Below, piece after piece: positions 1 to 8,159 of a stretch of DNA of 32,679 nucleotides (positions are counted from its first letter, which is position 1; each line of letters begins with the position of its first letter). The notes below the pieces were generated by a model. It made no database searches. It was given only the letters and a program-made list of their open reading frames with translations, and was not told where the DNA came from. The stretch covers positions 1 to 32,679 of the forward strand of contig JAISUA010000064.1 of assembly GCA_031272305.1 (NCBI GenBank). Reading direction: 5' to 3'. The DNA comes from Clostridioides sp. GTDB taxonomy: Bacteria; Bacillota; Clostridia; Peptostreptococcales; Peptostreptococcaceae. The translations under genes and the position numbers were made by a program.

Positions 1-87
1 TATATATTACATAATTTTAATTATATATTACGTTATTTTTATGAAATTATATAAAATCATATAAAATTATATGAAATAAAAAATAAT

Positions 88-1527
88 CTAGTTAGTGCTT
101 GCTGGACAGTTTGATCTAACTAAAGACGGTTCTTTTCCTACAGGAATAGTTGATATAAGAGTATTTGTAGAAGGATCTATAACATAGACAACATTATATT
201 TAGAATCAGGAGCATATATCAAATCATTATAAGGTACAAAGTTCAACAAAGTAGGAAGGCCATCAATAGGTATACTAGCTACAATGCTATTATCAGTAGG
301 ATTTATCACAGCAATATGATGAGATGTACCACTAGAATCTGAAAAATAAAGAAGGTTGTTTGTTGTATCTAATGTAGAAAAGCTGATACTGTTACCTAAA
401 GCAATAGTTGTAATAAGGGTATTAGTATGAGAATCAAGAACAGATACAAATTGATAGTTATATACATATACATAATTTCCTGCAGTGATAAGATTTACAG
501 TGTAAGAATCAAATGGAATAGTAGTTATAACAGTATTCATATTTGGATCTATAACAGATAGAATAGAACCAGATGAATTTAAACTATAAATATATCCTGT
601 AGAATTACTTTGAACGAGTTCTTTATCGGAATTATTGTCAAGAGAAATAGTACAAACAACTGTATTGCTATTTGGATCGATTACAGATATATTTGGACTA
701 TATGAATTTTGAATATAAATCAAGTCATTAGATGCAATCAAAAATTTACCAGGGTTATCACCAACAGATATTGTACAAACAATGGTATTAGTATTAGGAT
801 CTATAACTGATAGGTCATCAGAATGACCATTTATAACATAGATTAAATTATTATATTTAAATATTGTTGCAGGTGTATCTCCAACAGGTATAGTACAAAT
901 AATAGTATTTGCGTTATTGTCAATGACAGATACGACACCATCAAGCATATTAGTTAGATAAGAATGATTAGAATTTGAATCAGTGACCATATCGTAAGGT
1001 TGTTGGCCAGTATCAATCGTACAGATAATAGTCTGTGTAATTGGATCTACAACTGTTATGTCATTTGATCCCAAATTTATGATGTAGATACTACACATTA
1101 TAGTAGGTTGAGTAGGCTGAGTAGGTTGAGTAGGCTGAGTAGGTTGAGTGGGTTCTGTAGGTGATGTTGGACAAGTACAAATTCCAGTAGCACCAGTATC
1201 TCCAGTACTTCCTGTTTGACCAGTACTTCCAGTAGCACCTGTAACACCTTTTATCACGAATGAAAAATTAGGTAGCATATTTGCAATTTCAGAAGAAATT
1301 TCACAAATAAATTTCTTATTTTTAAATAAACATTGAATCTCATCATTGATATGCTTGTTACAGTTGTAATTGTAACAAGAATTATTGCAGTTTGAGTTAC
1401 GATTATCGTAAATTGAGTTGTGAGTAGAATTACAGTTTAAATCGCAATTAGAATCACTACAATTTGAGCAATTAGAATTACAATTTTTTTTATGATGAAG
1501 ATTATGGTTTGGATTTTTGTTAAACAT
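88..1527 (-). CDS. YVTN/YncE-type beta-propeller protein with Cys/Asn-rich N-terminus, short collagen-like segment and PT linker (paralogue 1; possible spore-surface protein)
   Basis: 479 aa ORF with AGGAGG RBS. About 10 Cys in the first ~75 aa, then GVTGATGSTGQTGSTGDTGATG, 8 PTx units and repeated blades such as SVIDPNTNTIVCTISVG. No signal peptide. Confidence 0.8.
   Translation of the reverse strand: MFNKNPNHNLHHKKNCNSNCSNCSDSNCDLNCNSTHNSIYDNRNSNCNNSCYNYNCNKHINDEIQCLFKNKKFICEISSEIANMLPNFSFVIKGVTGATGSTGQTGSTGDTGATGICTCPTSPTEPTQPTQPTQPTQPTQPTIMCSIYIINLGSNDITVVDPITQTIICTIDTGQQPYDMVTDSNSNHSYLTNMLDGVVSVIDNNANTIICTIPVGDTPATIFKYNNLIYVINGHSDDLSVIDPNTNTIVCTISVGDNPGKFLIASNDLIYIQNSYSPNISVIDPNSNTVVCTISLDNNSDKELVQSNSTGYIYSLNSSGSILSVIDPNMNTVITTIPFDSYTVNLITAGNYVYVYNYQFVSVLDSHTNTLITTIALGNSISFSTLDTTNNLLYFSDSSGTSHHIAVINPTDNSIVASIPIDGLPTLLNFVPYNDLIYAPDSKYNVVYVIDPSTNTLISTIPVGKEPSLVRSNCPASTN
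1102..1170 (-). repeat. 9-bp in-frame tandem repeat encoding a (PTx)8 linker
   Basis: GTAGG(T/C)TGA units on the + strand; protein PTSPTE(PTQ)5PTI. Confidence 0.9.
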
Positions 1528-1568
1528 AGAAACCTCCTTTAATAATTTAGCTATATTTTATTAAAAAT

Positions 1569-1680
1569 ATAGCCTGAAAAAATATTTATATAAGATAGTC
1601 TGAAAAAATATTTATATAAGATAGTCTGAAAAAGTTTACATAAGATAGCCTGAATATAGCCTGAAAAAAGTTTACATAAG
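1569..1680. repeat. Intergenic tandem repeat, five ATAG(C/T)CTGAA-headed units of 26, 26, 24, 11 and 25 bp
   Basis: Units start at 1569, 1595, 1621, 1645 and 1656; consensus ATAGYCTGAAAAAAtaTTTAYATAAG. Confidence 0.9.
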
Positions 1681-1729
1681 TTTGATTATATATTACGTTA
1701 TTTTTGTAAAATTATATGAAAAAAATAAC

Positions 1730-3184
1730 CTAGTTAGTTCCTGCTGGACAGCTTGATCTAACTATATCCGCAGCTTCTCCTACAGGAATAGTAGATTTAA
1801 GAGTATTTGTAGAAGGATCTATAATATAGATAACATCATATTTACCATCGATAGTATATATCAAATCATTATAAGGTATAAAGTAGGATTCAGCAGGATA
1901 GCCATAGATAGGTATACTAGCTACAATACTATTATCAGTAGGATTTATCACAACAATATTAGCAGATGCACCACTAGAATCTGAAAAATAAAGAAGGTTG
2001 TTTGTTGTATCTAATGTAGAAGAGAGGATATTGTTACCTAAAGCAATAGTTGTAACAAGAGTATTAGTATGAGAATCAAGAATAGATACAAATTGACTGT
2101 TATATACATATACATAATTTCCTGCAGTGTTAACATTCAGAGTGCCAAGATCAAATGGAATAGTACTTATAACAGTATTTATAGTTGGATCTATAACAGA
2201 TAGAGTATAATCAGATGAATTAAAACTATAAATATATCCTGAAGAATTATTTTGAACGAGTCCGAGAGTTGAATTATTATCAGTAGGAATAGTACAAACA
2301 ACTGTATTGGTATTTGGATCGATTACAGAGATATCTTTACTAGATGTATTTTGAATATAAATCAAGTTATTAGATGCAATCAAAAAGTTGCCAGGGGTAT
2401 GACCAACAGATATAGTACAAACAATTGTATTAGTATTAGGATCTATAACTGATAGGTCATCAGAATGAGCATTTATAACATAGATTAAATTATTATATTT
2501 AAATATTTGCGAAGGTGTATCTCCAACAGGTATAGTACAAATAATAGTATTTGTGTTGTTGTCAATGACAGATACAGCTTCATCGTCTTGATTAGTTAGA
2601 TAAGAATGATTAGAATTAAAATCTGTAACCATATCGCCAGGCTGTTCACCAGTGTTGATTGTACAGATAATAGTCTGTGTAATTGGATCTACAACGGTTA
2701 TATTATTTGATCCTCTATTTATGATATAGATACTACACATTAGAGTGGGTTCTGTAGGTTGAGTAGGCTGAGTAGGTTGAGTAGGTTGAGTAGGTTGAGT
2801 AGGCTGAGTAGGTGATGTTGGACAAGTACAAATTCCAGTAGCACCAGTATCTCCAGTACTTCCTGTTTGACCAGTACTTCCAGTAGCACCTGTAACACCT
2901 GTTATCACGAATGAAAAATTAGGTAGCATATTTGCAATTTCTGAAGAAATTTCACAAATAAATTTTTTATTTTTAAATAAACATTGAATCTCTTCGTTGA
3001 TGTTCTTGTTACAATCATAGTTAGAATTGCAACAAGAATTATTGTAGTTTGAGTTACAATTATCACAAATTGAATGGTGAGTAGAATTACAGTTTAAATT
3101 GCAATTAGAATTATTACAATTTGAGCAATTAGAATTGCAATTTTTCTTATGAGAAAAATTATGATTTGGATTTTTATTAAACAT
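1730..3184 (-). CDS. YVTN/YncE-type beta-propeller protein with Cys/Asn-rich N-terminus, short collagen-like segment and PT linker (paralogue 2)
   Basis: 484 aa ORF with AGGAGG RBS, colinear and highly similar to 88-1527. About 12 Cys in the head and 9 PTx units. Confidence 0.8.
   Translation of the reverse strand: MFNKNPNHNFSHKKNCNSNCSNCNNSNCNLNCNSTHHSICDNCNSNYNNSCCNSNYDCNKNINEEIQCLFKNKKFICEISSEIANMLPNFSFVITGVTGATGSTGQTGSTGDTGATGICTCPTSPTQPTQPTQPTQPTQPTQPTEPTLMCSIYIINRGSNNITVVDPITQTIICTINTGEQPGDMVTDFNSNHSYLTNQDDEAVSVIDNNTNTIICTIPVGDTPSQIFKYNNLIYVINAHSDDLSVIDPNTNTIVCTISVGHTPGNFLIASNNLIYIQNTSSKDISVIDPNTNTVVCTIPTDNNSTLGLVQNNSSGYIYSFNSSDYTLSVIDPTINTVISTIPFDLGTLNVNTAGNYVYVYNSQFVSILDSHTNTLVTTIALGNNILSSTLDTTNNLLYFSDSSGASANIVVINPTDNSIVASIPIYGYPAESYFIPYNDLIYTIDGKYDVIYIIDPSTNTLKSTIPVGEAADIVRSSCPAGTN
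2744..2821 (-). repeat. 9-bp in-frame tandem repeat encoding a (PTx)9 linker
   Basis: Protein PTS(PTQ)6PTEPTL. Confidence 0.9.
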
Positions 3185-3202
3185 AGAAATAACCTCCTAA
3201 AA

Positions 3203-3308
3203 GTATTATTATGAGAAGTTCATTAGAATTGAAAGCGAAGCTTTCAGAACTTCGAAACAAGTAGGGAAGTTCGATTACGAAAATCAAAGATTTTCTATCT
3301 CACTTCTT
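3203..3308. repeat. Multi-hairpin intergenic element (REP/MITE-like or structured RNA)
   Basis: GAAGTTC(3215-21)/GAACTTC(3247-53) encloses TGAAAGC-GAA-GCTTTCA; GAAGT(3266-70)/ACTTC(3302-06) encloses GAAAATC-AAA-GATTTTC. The first 22 bp recur inverted at 31847-31868. Confidence 0.55.
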
Positions 3309-3521
3309 TCTAGACTTATCTCATTAGATTTTATTTAAGTTGTGATAATGATAAGTCTTGTATAGTATATTTTAACTCGTACAAATTGATTTTTTGAGTG
3401 AAATTTGAGTTTTTTGCTTACTATTTATATATGATTCTTTTATGATAAATGTGATAATATCAAGGAAGGTTTCAAAAATAAAAATTAGGATATGCAAATA
3501 GCTGATTTGGATATAGAAATA

Positions 3522-3610
3522 GCTGATAAAATTGTTTTCAGATTGGGTAGCTGTCCTCACATTGTGTGTGCGTAAGCCTTTAGTAAAATCTTGCAAACAT
3601 ATTTATCAGC
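3522..3610 (-). ncRNA. Putative structured ncRNA or dispersed element, copy B
   Basis: Minus strand reads GCTGATAAATATGTTTGCAAGATT...AAGGCT...GTGA...AATCTGAAAACAATTTTATCAGC. Homologous to 13103-13193, with a 9-bp terminal stem. Confidence 0.6.
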
Positions 3611-3646
3611 CTTTGTATAAATATAAAACATTGATAAACGATATAT

Positions 3647-4669
3647 TTATTTAAGTCGAAGATCTTTTCCATAAAACTCAATAATATTACAGTTGTCTAT
3701 CACTCTTGAAAGTGTTCTTTGTCCATAAAAATTCAAAATATCTACAATATTTAAGTTAGTAGATATTATTGTACTCTTACAAGCGATCATTCTAGTATTG
3801 ACAATATTAAAAATCTCGCTTTTAGTAAAGGAATTTATCATTTCTGTTCCTAGGTCATCGATTATAAGCAGGTCGCAATTGAATAAATTTCTATAATTTT
3901 CTTCGCTAATAACATTGTCGTCGTTATTATTAAAATTATTTCTTCTAAATTTATAATCTTCTAGAATCTCAATTATTGTGAAAGCTGTTTGATATATGAC
4001 CAAATAGCCTCTATCTAAAAGTTCTTTAGCTATGCAGTTGCATAAAAAAGTTTTTCCAAGTCCTGTAGATCCAGTGAATAGTAGATCACGATTATTTTTC
4101 TTGGCAAAATTGTTTACATAATCAATGCATTTTGAGTGAATAGATTTCATATTTTCTCTTTGAGATTTCGTTTGAATATGATTATTTTCACTGTCTACAT
4201 TAGTCGAAATATTGTCAGGAAATACATTCAAATTGAATGTAGAGAAATTTTCTCTTTGCAAGACATCTTCAATATTTGACATTTTGTAAGTTTCTTTTAT
4301 TATTTTTTGTTTGAAACAGTTGCATTTTTCTCCTGAATCTAAAAAAGCCTTGTCTTTGCAAATATCACAATTATATTTTAGTTCGAGATAGTCTAGAGGA
4401 ATATTATTCTCTGAAAAAATTTGCGACTTCTTATTTTTTAAAAAATTTATCTCATCTTTAGACTTCTGTACTATTTTTTCCCTATCTTTTGGTTTTTCAA
4501 GCACTAATTTGGCTAGTTTCAAACAAATTTGGTTTATCTGTTCGTCTATATGTTTTATTTCTGGAAAGTAGTTATAAATTTCTTTTTTTCTATTTTCAAG
4601 TTCGTACTCATTTTGTTCTCTTTGAGATTGATATTGTCTCAAAATATTTCTAATGGTGTTCTTGTTCAA
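3647..4669 (-). CDS. DnaC/DnaI-like replicative helicase loader ATPase (AAA+, IstB/DnaC family)
   Basis: Zn motif CDICKD...CNC, Walker A GSTGLGKT, Walker B LLIIDDLG, TIISTN. TTG start with GAGGTGA RBS; downstream of the DnaD-like gene. Confidence 0.9.
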   Translation of the reverse strand: MNKNTIRNILRQYQSQREQNEYELENRKKEIYNYFPEIKHIDEQINQICLKLAKLVLEKPKDREKIVQKSKDEINFLKNKKSQIFSENNIPLDYLELKYNCDICKDKAFLDSGEKCNCFKQKIIKETYKMSNIEDVLQRENFSTFNLNVFPDNISTNVDSENNHIQTKSQRENMKSIHSKCIDYVNNFAKKNNRDLLFTGSTGLGKTFLCNCIAKELLDRGYLVIYQTAFTIIEILEDYKFRRNNFNNNDDNVISEENYRNLFNCDLLIIDDLGTEMINSFTKSEIFNIVNTRMIACKSTIISTNLNIVDILNFYGQRTLSRVIDNCNIIEFYGKDLRLK

Positions 4670-4684
4670 AAAATCACCTCCATT

Positions 4685-4726
4685 TTAAAAAAAGTTATAT
4701 TTCTATTAAAAAAAGTTATATTTCTA
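4685..4726. repeat. Perfect 21-bp tandem duplication in the dnaD-like/loader spacer
   Basis: TTAAAAAAAGTTATATTTCTA x2 (4685-4705, 4706-4726). Confidence 0.9.
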
Positions 4727-6070
4727 TTATAGGTTAGAAGATTGTTTTTTTCTTACTATTTCGTTTAGTTCTTCTATTGTATATGTTTCTGTAAAATTAT
4801 CGAAGCTAGTTTTCTTGACGTTTCGTGTAGTGTTGTTTGAAGCGAGATTGTTTTTGTACATATTATTTTTAGTTGAATTAGTTCCTGTTGTTTCTTTTTG
4901 TTTCTCCTTAGAATTTTTAAATTCTTCATCATCTCTTGCGACATCTTCCAAAGTATTGATGCCTTTTTCGTGCCATCTTTCAATTATTTTGTTGACGTAG
5001 TTGACAGTAGGGGCTGAGGCTGAATGATTTGCTTTTTCACAAGCTTTTACAATCAAATTATTACTCATATTATATCTATCTATCCAACTATTTATTATCT
5101 GTTTGTCGAAGTCAGTAGGTTCTTTTCTTATACCTAAATTTTTGTAGACTTCTTTGTAAGTTGAGTACATTTTAGAAAAATTGCTTTCGTGTGCTTTTAT
5201 ATGTTCGATCATAGTGTAGTTTTTGTCGAACCAATCTCTAAGTATAGTTTCTATATATCTTGGAGGTTTCGTATAGCCATCTTTTTCTAAAGACTTCTCA
5301 TAAGCGTATACAACCATATCAGGACTAGAATTGAATTTATTCATAGCTTTGATTACGATTGTTTTTTCTGTAATAGCTAGAGGTCTACCTATCATCTTGT
5401 TTATAGTGTTGAACATTTGACTTATGATAGGATTTCTGATAGTTTCTATCAAAATGTCAGTGTCTGATTTTTCTGGTTCAGTGTGTTTTGATTTTGTACA
5501 TAAAATATTTTCTTCGTAATATTTTTTTAGATCCATAAATTCTATAGTATAAATGTCTTCTTTTACTTTGTTTACAAAATGAATATTATGATTGTCATTG
5601 TTGTGAATAAAATTATTCTCAGAATTATTATGGACAAAATTGTTGTCAGAAATAATGTTACTTGTAAAATTATTTTGTACATTATTATCATTCATAGTGA
5701 TGTTTTTATTATCTTGTGTGTCTATTTTTTGCGAATCATCTATCGTTATAGCAGAGTATTCGTCGAATTTGTTAGATGTTGTGTTTTGTGGAGAGTGTGT
5801 TTTTTTTCTGGCTTTTACGTGGACTTTCACGATACCCCTCTCCTGCCAGTGCATCCAAGCTGCTATCACATCTCTATAATCCTCACCTAGAATGTTTGCT
5901 ATAGAGTAATTATTGAAATTTGAAGATGCAGATTTGTCACACGCTTGCCTATACCCCATAAGATAGACTTTTAATTCTAAACTGCTTGCCTTTGGCATAA
6001 ATATATCTAAGAAGATATTAGGAATAGATGTTTCTCCTAAATCATTTTCGTTAATTTCTTTAAAAAACAT
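4727..6070 (-). CDS. DnaD/DnaB-domain replication initiation protein
   Basis: N-terminal TSIPNIFLDIFMPKA. Two DnaB_2-like C-terminal motifs (YIETILRDW, YVNKIIERW) and an Asn-rich insert. GAGGTGA RBS. Confidence 0.85.
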   Translation of the reverse strand: MFFKEINENDLGETSIPNIFLDIFMPKASSLELKVYLMGYRQACDKSASSNFNNYSIANILGEDYRDVIAAWMHWQERGIVKVHVKARKKTHSPQNTTSNKFDEYSAITIDDSQKIDTQDNKNITMNDNNVQNNFTSNIISDNNFVHNNSENNFIHNNDNHNIHFVNKVKEDIYTIEFMDLKKYYEENILCTKSKHTEPEKSDTDILIETIRNPIISQMFNTINKMIGRPLAITEKTIVIKAMNKFNSSPDMVVYAYEKSLEKDGYTKPPRYIETILRDWFDKNYTMIEHIKAHESNFSKMYSTYKEVYKNLGIRKEPTDFDKQIINSWIDRYNMSNNLIVKACEKANHSASAPTVNYVNKIIERWHEKGINTLEDVARDDEEFKNSKEKQKETTGTNSTKNNMYKNNLASNNTTRNVKKTSFDNFTETYTIEELNEIVRKKQSSNL

Positions 6071-6165
6071 AAAATCACCTCATATAGATTATATCATTTT
6101 TTTGGTCGGAATAGGGGAGATTGTGAAGTAATTTGGCGAAAAGAATATTTCCAAAAAAATTAAAG

Positions 6166-6231
6166 AATGGAGGAAAAGATTTGCTTGATAAATGTTAAAA
6201 TGGAGGAAAAGATTTGTTTGATAAATATTAA
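6166..6231. repeat. 33-bp tandem duplication
   Basis: AATGGAGGAAAAGATTTG(C/T)TTGATAAAT(G/A)TTAA at 6166 and 6199. Confidence 0.9.
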
Positions 6232-6240
6232 TAAGAAATT

Positions 6241-6340
6241 TAAGTTTAAATAAACATAAGTATATAATAATAAACTTAAGTCTAAATAAACATAAGTCTA
6301 AAATAAGAAATCTAAGTCTAAATAAACATAAGTATAAAAT
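6241..6340. repeat. TAAGT-headed repeat with alternating 16/20-bp units (36-bp higher-order period)
   Basis: TAAGT at 6241, 6257, 6277, 6293, 6313 and 6329; core TAAGTCTAAATAAACA. Confidence 0.85.
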
Positions 6341-6392
6341 ATAAATAATATCAAGTTGTATAATTCAAAATTAGAAACGAGGAGTGAAAAAG

Positions 6393-7910
6393 TTGATTAT
6401 TAGATTTGACAGAAAGGTTAGAAGGATAGTTTCATTTTGTATAGTTTTAGCGATAATATTAGGTTCTGTAGTTGTAGACAAGAGTGCTATAGCTACGAGC
6501 AAAATGCAAAGCTTGCTATATAAAATATCATCTGATACGAAAAATGCAAATTCTTCGAATGAAATAAATCTAAGCTCATTAAACGAGTACAACATAGTGG
6601 CAGAGTTTGATGATGAAAATAAAAAGTTGAATTGTACTCAGATAACAGAGTATACGAACACAGGAAGTGATAGTATAGATAAAGTATATTTTCACATATA
6701 TCCTAATGCTTTTTCGAAAAAAGAATTTGCACCATTTGAAGAATCAGAAATGAAACTAGCCTATCCTAGAGGATTCAATGAAGGATATATAAAAATAGAA
6801 AAATTGTTTGTAGAGGATAAAGAAGTAGATTATAAAATTACAGGAGATAAAAACGATATACTTCAAATTAATTTGCAAGATAAATTGAAGAAAAAAGATT
6901 CTGTAAATATAAAATTCAAATATATAGTCAAACTTCCAAATTCGTTAGGAAGATTTGGATATGGAGAAAATACTGTAAATGTGACAAATTGGTTTCCAAT
7001 TGCTTGCGTACAAGACCAAAGAGGTTGGAATCTGAAAAGTTATACAGAAATGGGAGATCCATTCTACAGTGAAACTAGCAATTTCAAAATAAATATAACT
7101 GTTCCAAAAGAATATAAATTAGCTTATACAGGAATACTTGACGAAGAAAAGAAGTCTACAGAAACGACTCTATACAAAATATCTGCAAAAAAAGTGAGAG
7201 ATTTTGCATTTGTAATGAGTAAAAAATTCACCATAGCTACAGGAAAAGTAAAAGGTGTAGAAATAGATACATATAATTTGAATAAAAATATGGCTGAAAA
7301 AGCGACAGAAGTATCTGAAGATGCAATAAGTATTTTCTCTGATTTATTTGGAAAATATCCATACAAGAAATATTCTGTAGTTGCGAGTGATTTCTATATA
7401 GGAGGAATGGAATATCCTATGCTTTCTATGATTGACAAGTCTATGTATACTGAATCAAACAGAGGACTTTTGGAATATGTCATAGCTCATGAAACAGCTC
7501 ATCAATGGTGGTACAGTGTAGTTGGAAATGATGAGATAAGCGAACCTTGGCTAGACGAAGCACTTACAGAATATTCAACACTACTTTATTTTGAAGAAAA
7601 ATATGGAAAGAAAGTAGCAGATAGAATGTTTGAAGAGATGAAAGAAGAGAGCAAAGATTATAAAGCAGAAGATATTTTTAGAGCATCTACAGATTATTCG
7701 AATTCAGTTGAGTATAGTATGAATGTCTACACAAAAGGAGCTATAGCAATAGGCGAAATAAGAGAAAAAGTTGGAAATAAAAAATTCTTTAGTACACTTA
7801 GAGAATACTTTGAGGATAATAAATATAAAAACGCAAATGCAAAAACATTTGTAGATTTGTGGGAAAAAAATGGAGTAGATGTGAACAAAATCATAAGCGA
7901 AATAAAATAG
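6393..7910 (+). CDS. M1 family zinc metallo-aminopeptidase, secreted or membrane-anchored
   Basis: GGMEY exopeptidase motif, HETAH zinc motif and downstream WLDEAL glutamate; N-terminal hydrophobic segment. GAGGAG at 6379-6384 fits TTG 6393 better than GTG 6384. Confidence 0.9.
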   Translation: MIIRFDRKVRRIVSFCIVLAIILGSVVVDKSAIATSKMQSLLYKISSDTKNANSSNEINLSSLNEYNIVAEFDDENKKLNCTQITEYTNTGSDSIDKVYFHIYPNAFSKKEFAPFEESEMKLAYPRGFNEGYIKIEKLFVEDKEVDYKITGDKNDILQINLQDKLKKKDSVNIKFKYIVKLPNSLGRFGYGENTVNVTNWFPIACVQDQRGWNLKSYTEMGDPFYSETSNFKINITVPKEYKLAYTGILDEEKKSTETTLYKISAKKVRDFAFVMSKKFTIATGKVKGVEIDTYNLNKNMAEKATEVSEDAISIFSDLFGKYPYKKYSVVASDFYIGGMEYPMLSMIDKSMYTESNRGLLEYVIAHETAHQWWYSVVGNDEISEPWLDEALTEYSTLLYFEEKYGKKVADRMFEEMKEESKDYKAEDIFRASTDYSNSVEYSMNVYTKGAIAIGEIREKVGNKKFFSTLREYFEDNKYKNANAKTFVDLWEKNGVDVNKIISEIK

Positions 7911-7964
7911 AAAAGGTTAGAAATCATTAAAATGATCGTAATTAGTATACTTATTTGGTTGTAG

Positions 7965-7993
7965 TTGTAGATTATTTTTTTATGTGATATACT
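7965..7993 (+). promoter_or_regulatory. Putative sigma-A promoter for the U32 gene
   Basis: TTGTAG-N17-TATACT with extended -10 TG at 7985-86. Confidence 0.5.
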
Positions 7994-8159
7994 AAAAAAT
8001 AAGTAATAGCAATTGTTAGGAGTAAAAATATTTTGTGTGAACTTTTTGTAAACACTTTGATAAAAGTAGTAGTATATAATGCCAATAAAAGTTTACACAA
8101 AAATATTTATAATAGCAATTGTTTGGTATTATGCAAAATCAAATAAGAAGGTAAATAAA

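Noticed and set aside
1569-1680. Possible mini-CRISPR array
   Set aside because: Units are adjacent with no unique spacers, and there are no cas genes in the window
88-3184. Diversity-generating retroelement template/variable pair
   Set aside because: Both copies are full-length genes, differences are spread over all blades, and no reverse transcriptase is present in the window
3204-3240. Sporulation sigma-factor promoter (CATAATA on - strand) for paralogue 2
   Set aside because: No matching -35 element, and the motif is part of the dispersed 22-mer
3372-3596. 74-aa minus-strand ORF
   Set aside because: No convincing RBS or recognisable motif, and it overlaps the structured element
3647-6070. 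Prophage replication module or IS21 IstB
   Set aside because: No phage genes or IstA nearby; the pair fits the chromosomal DnaD-like plus loader arrangement of clostridia
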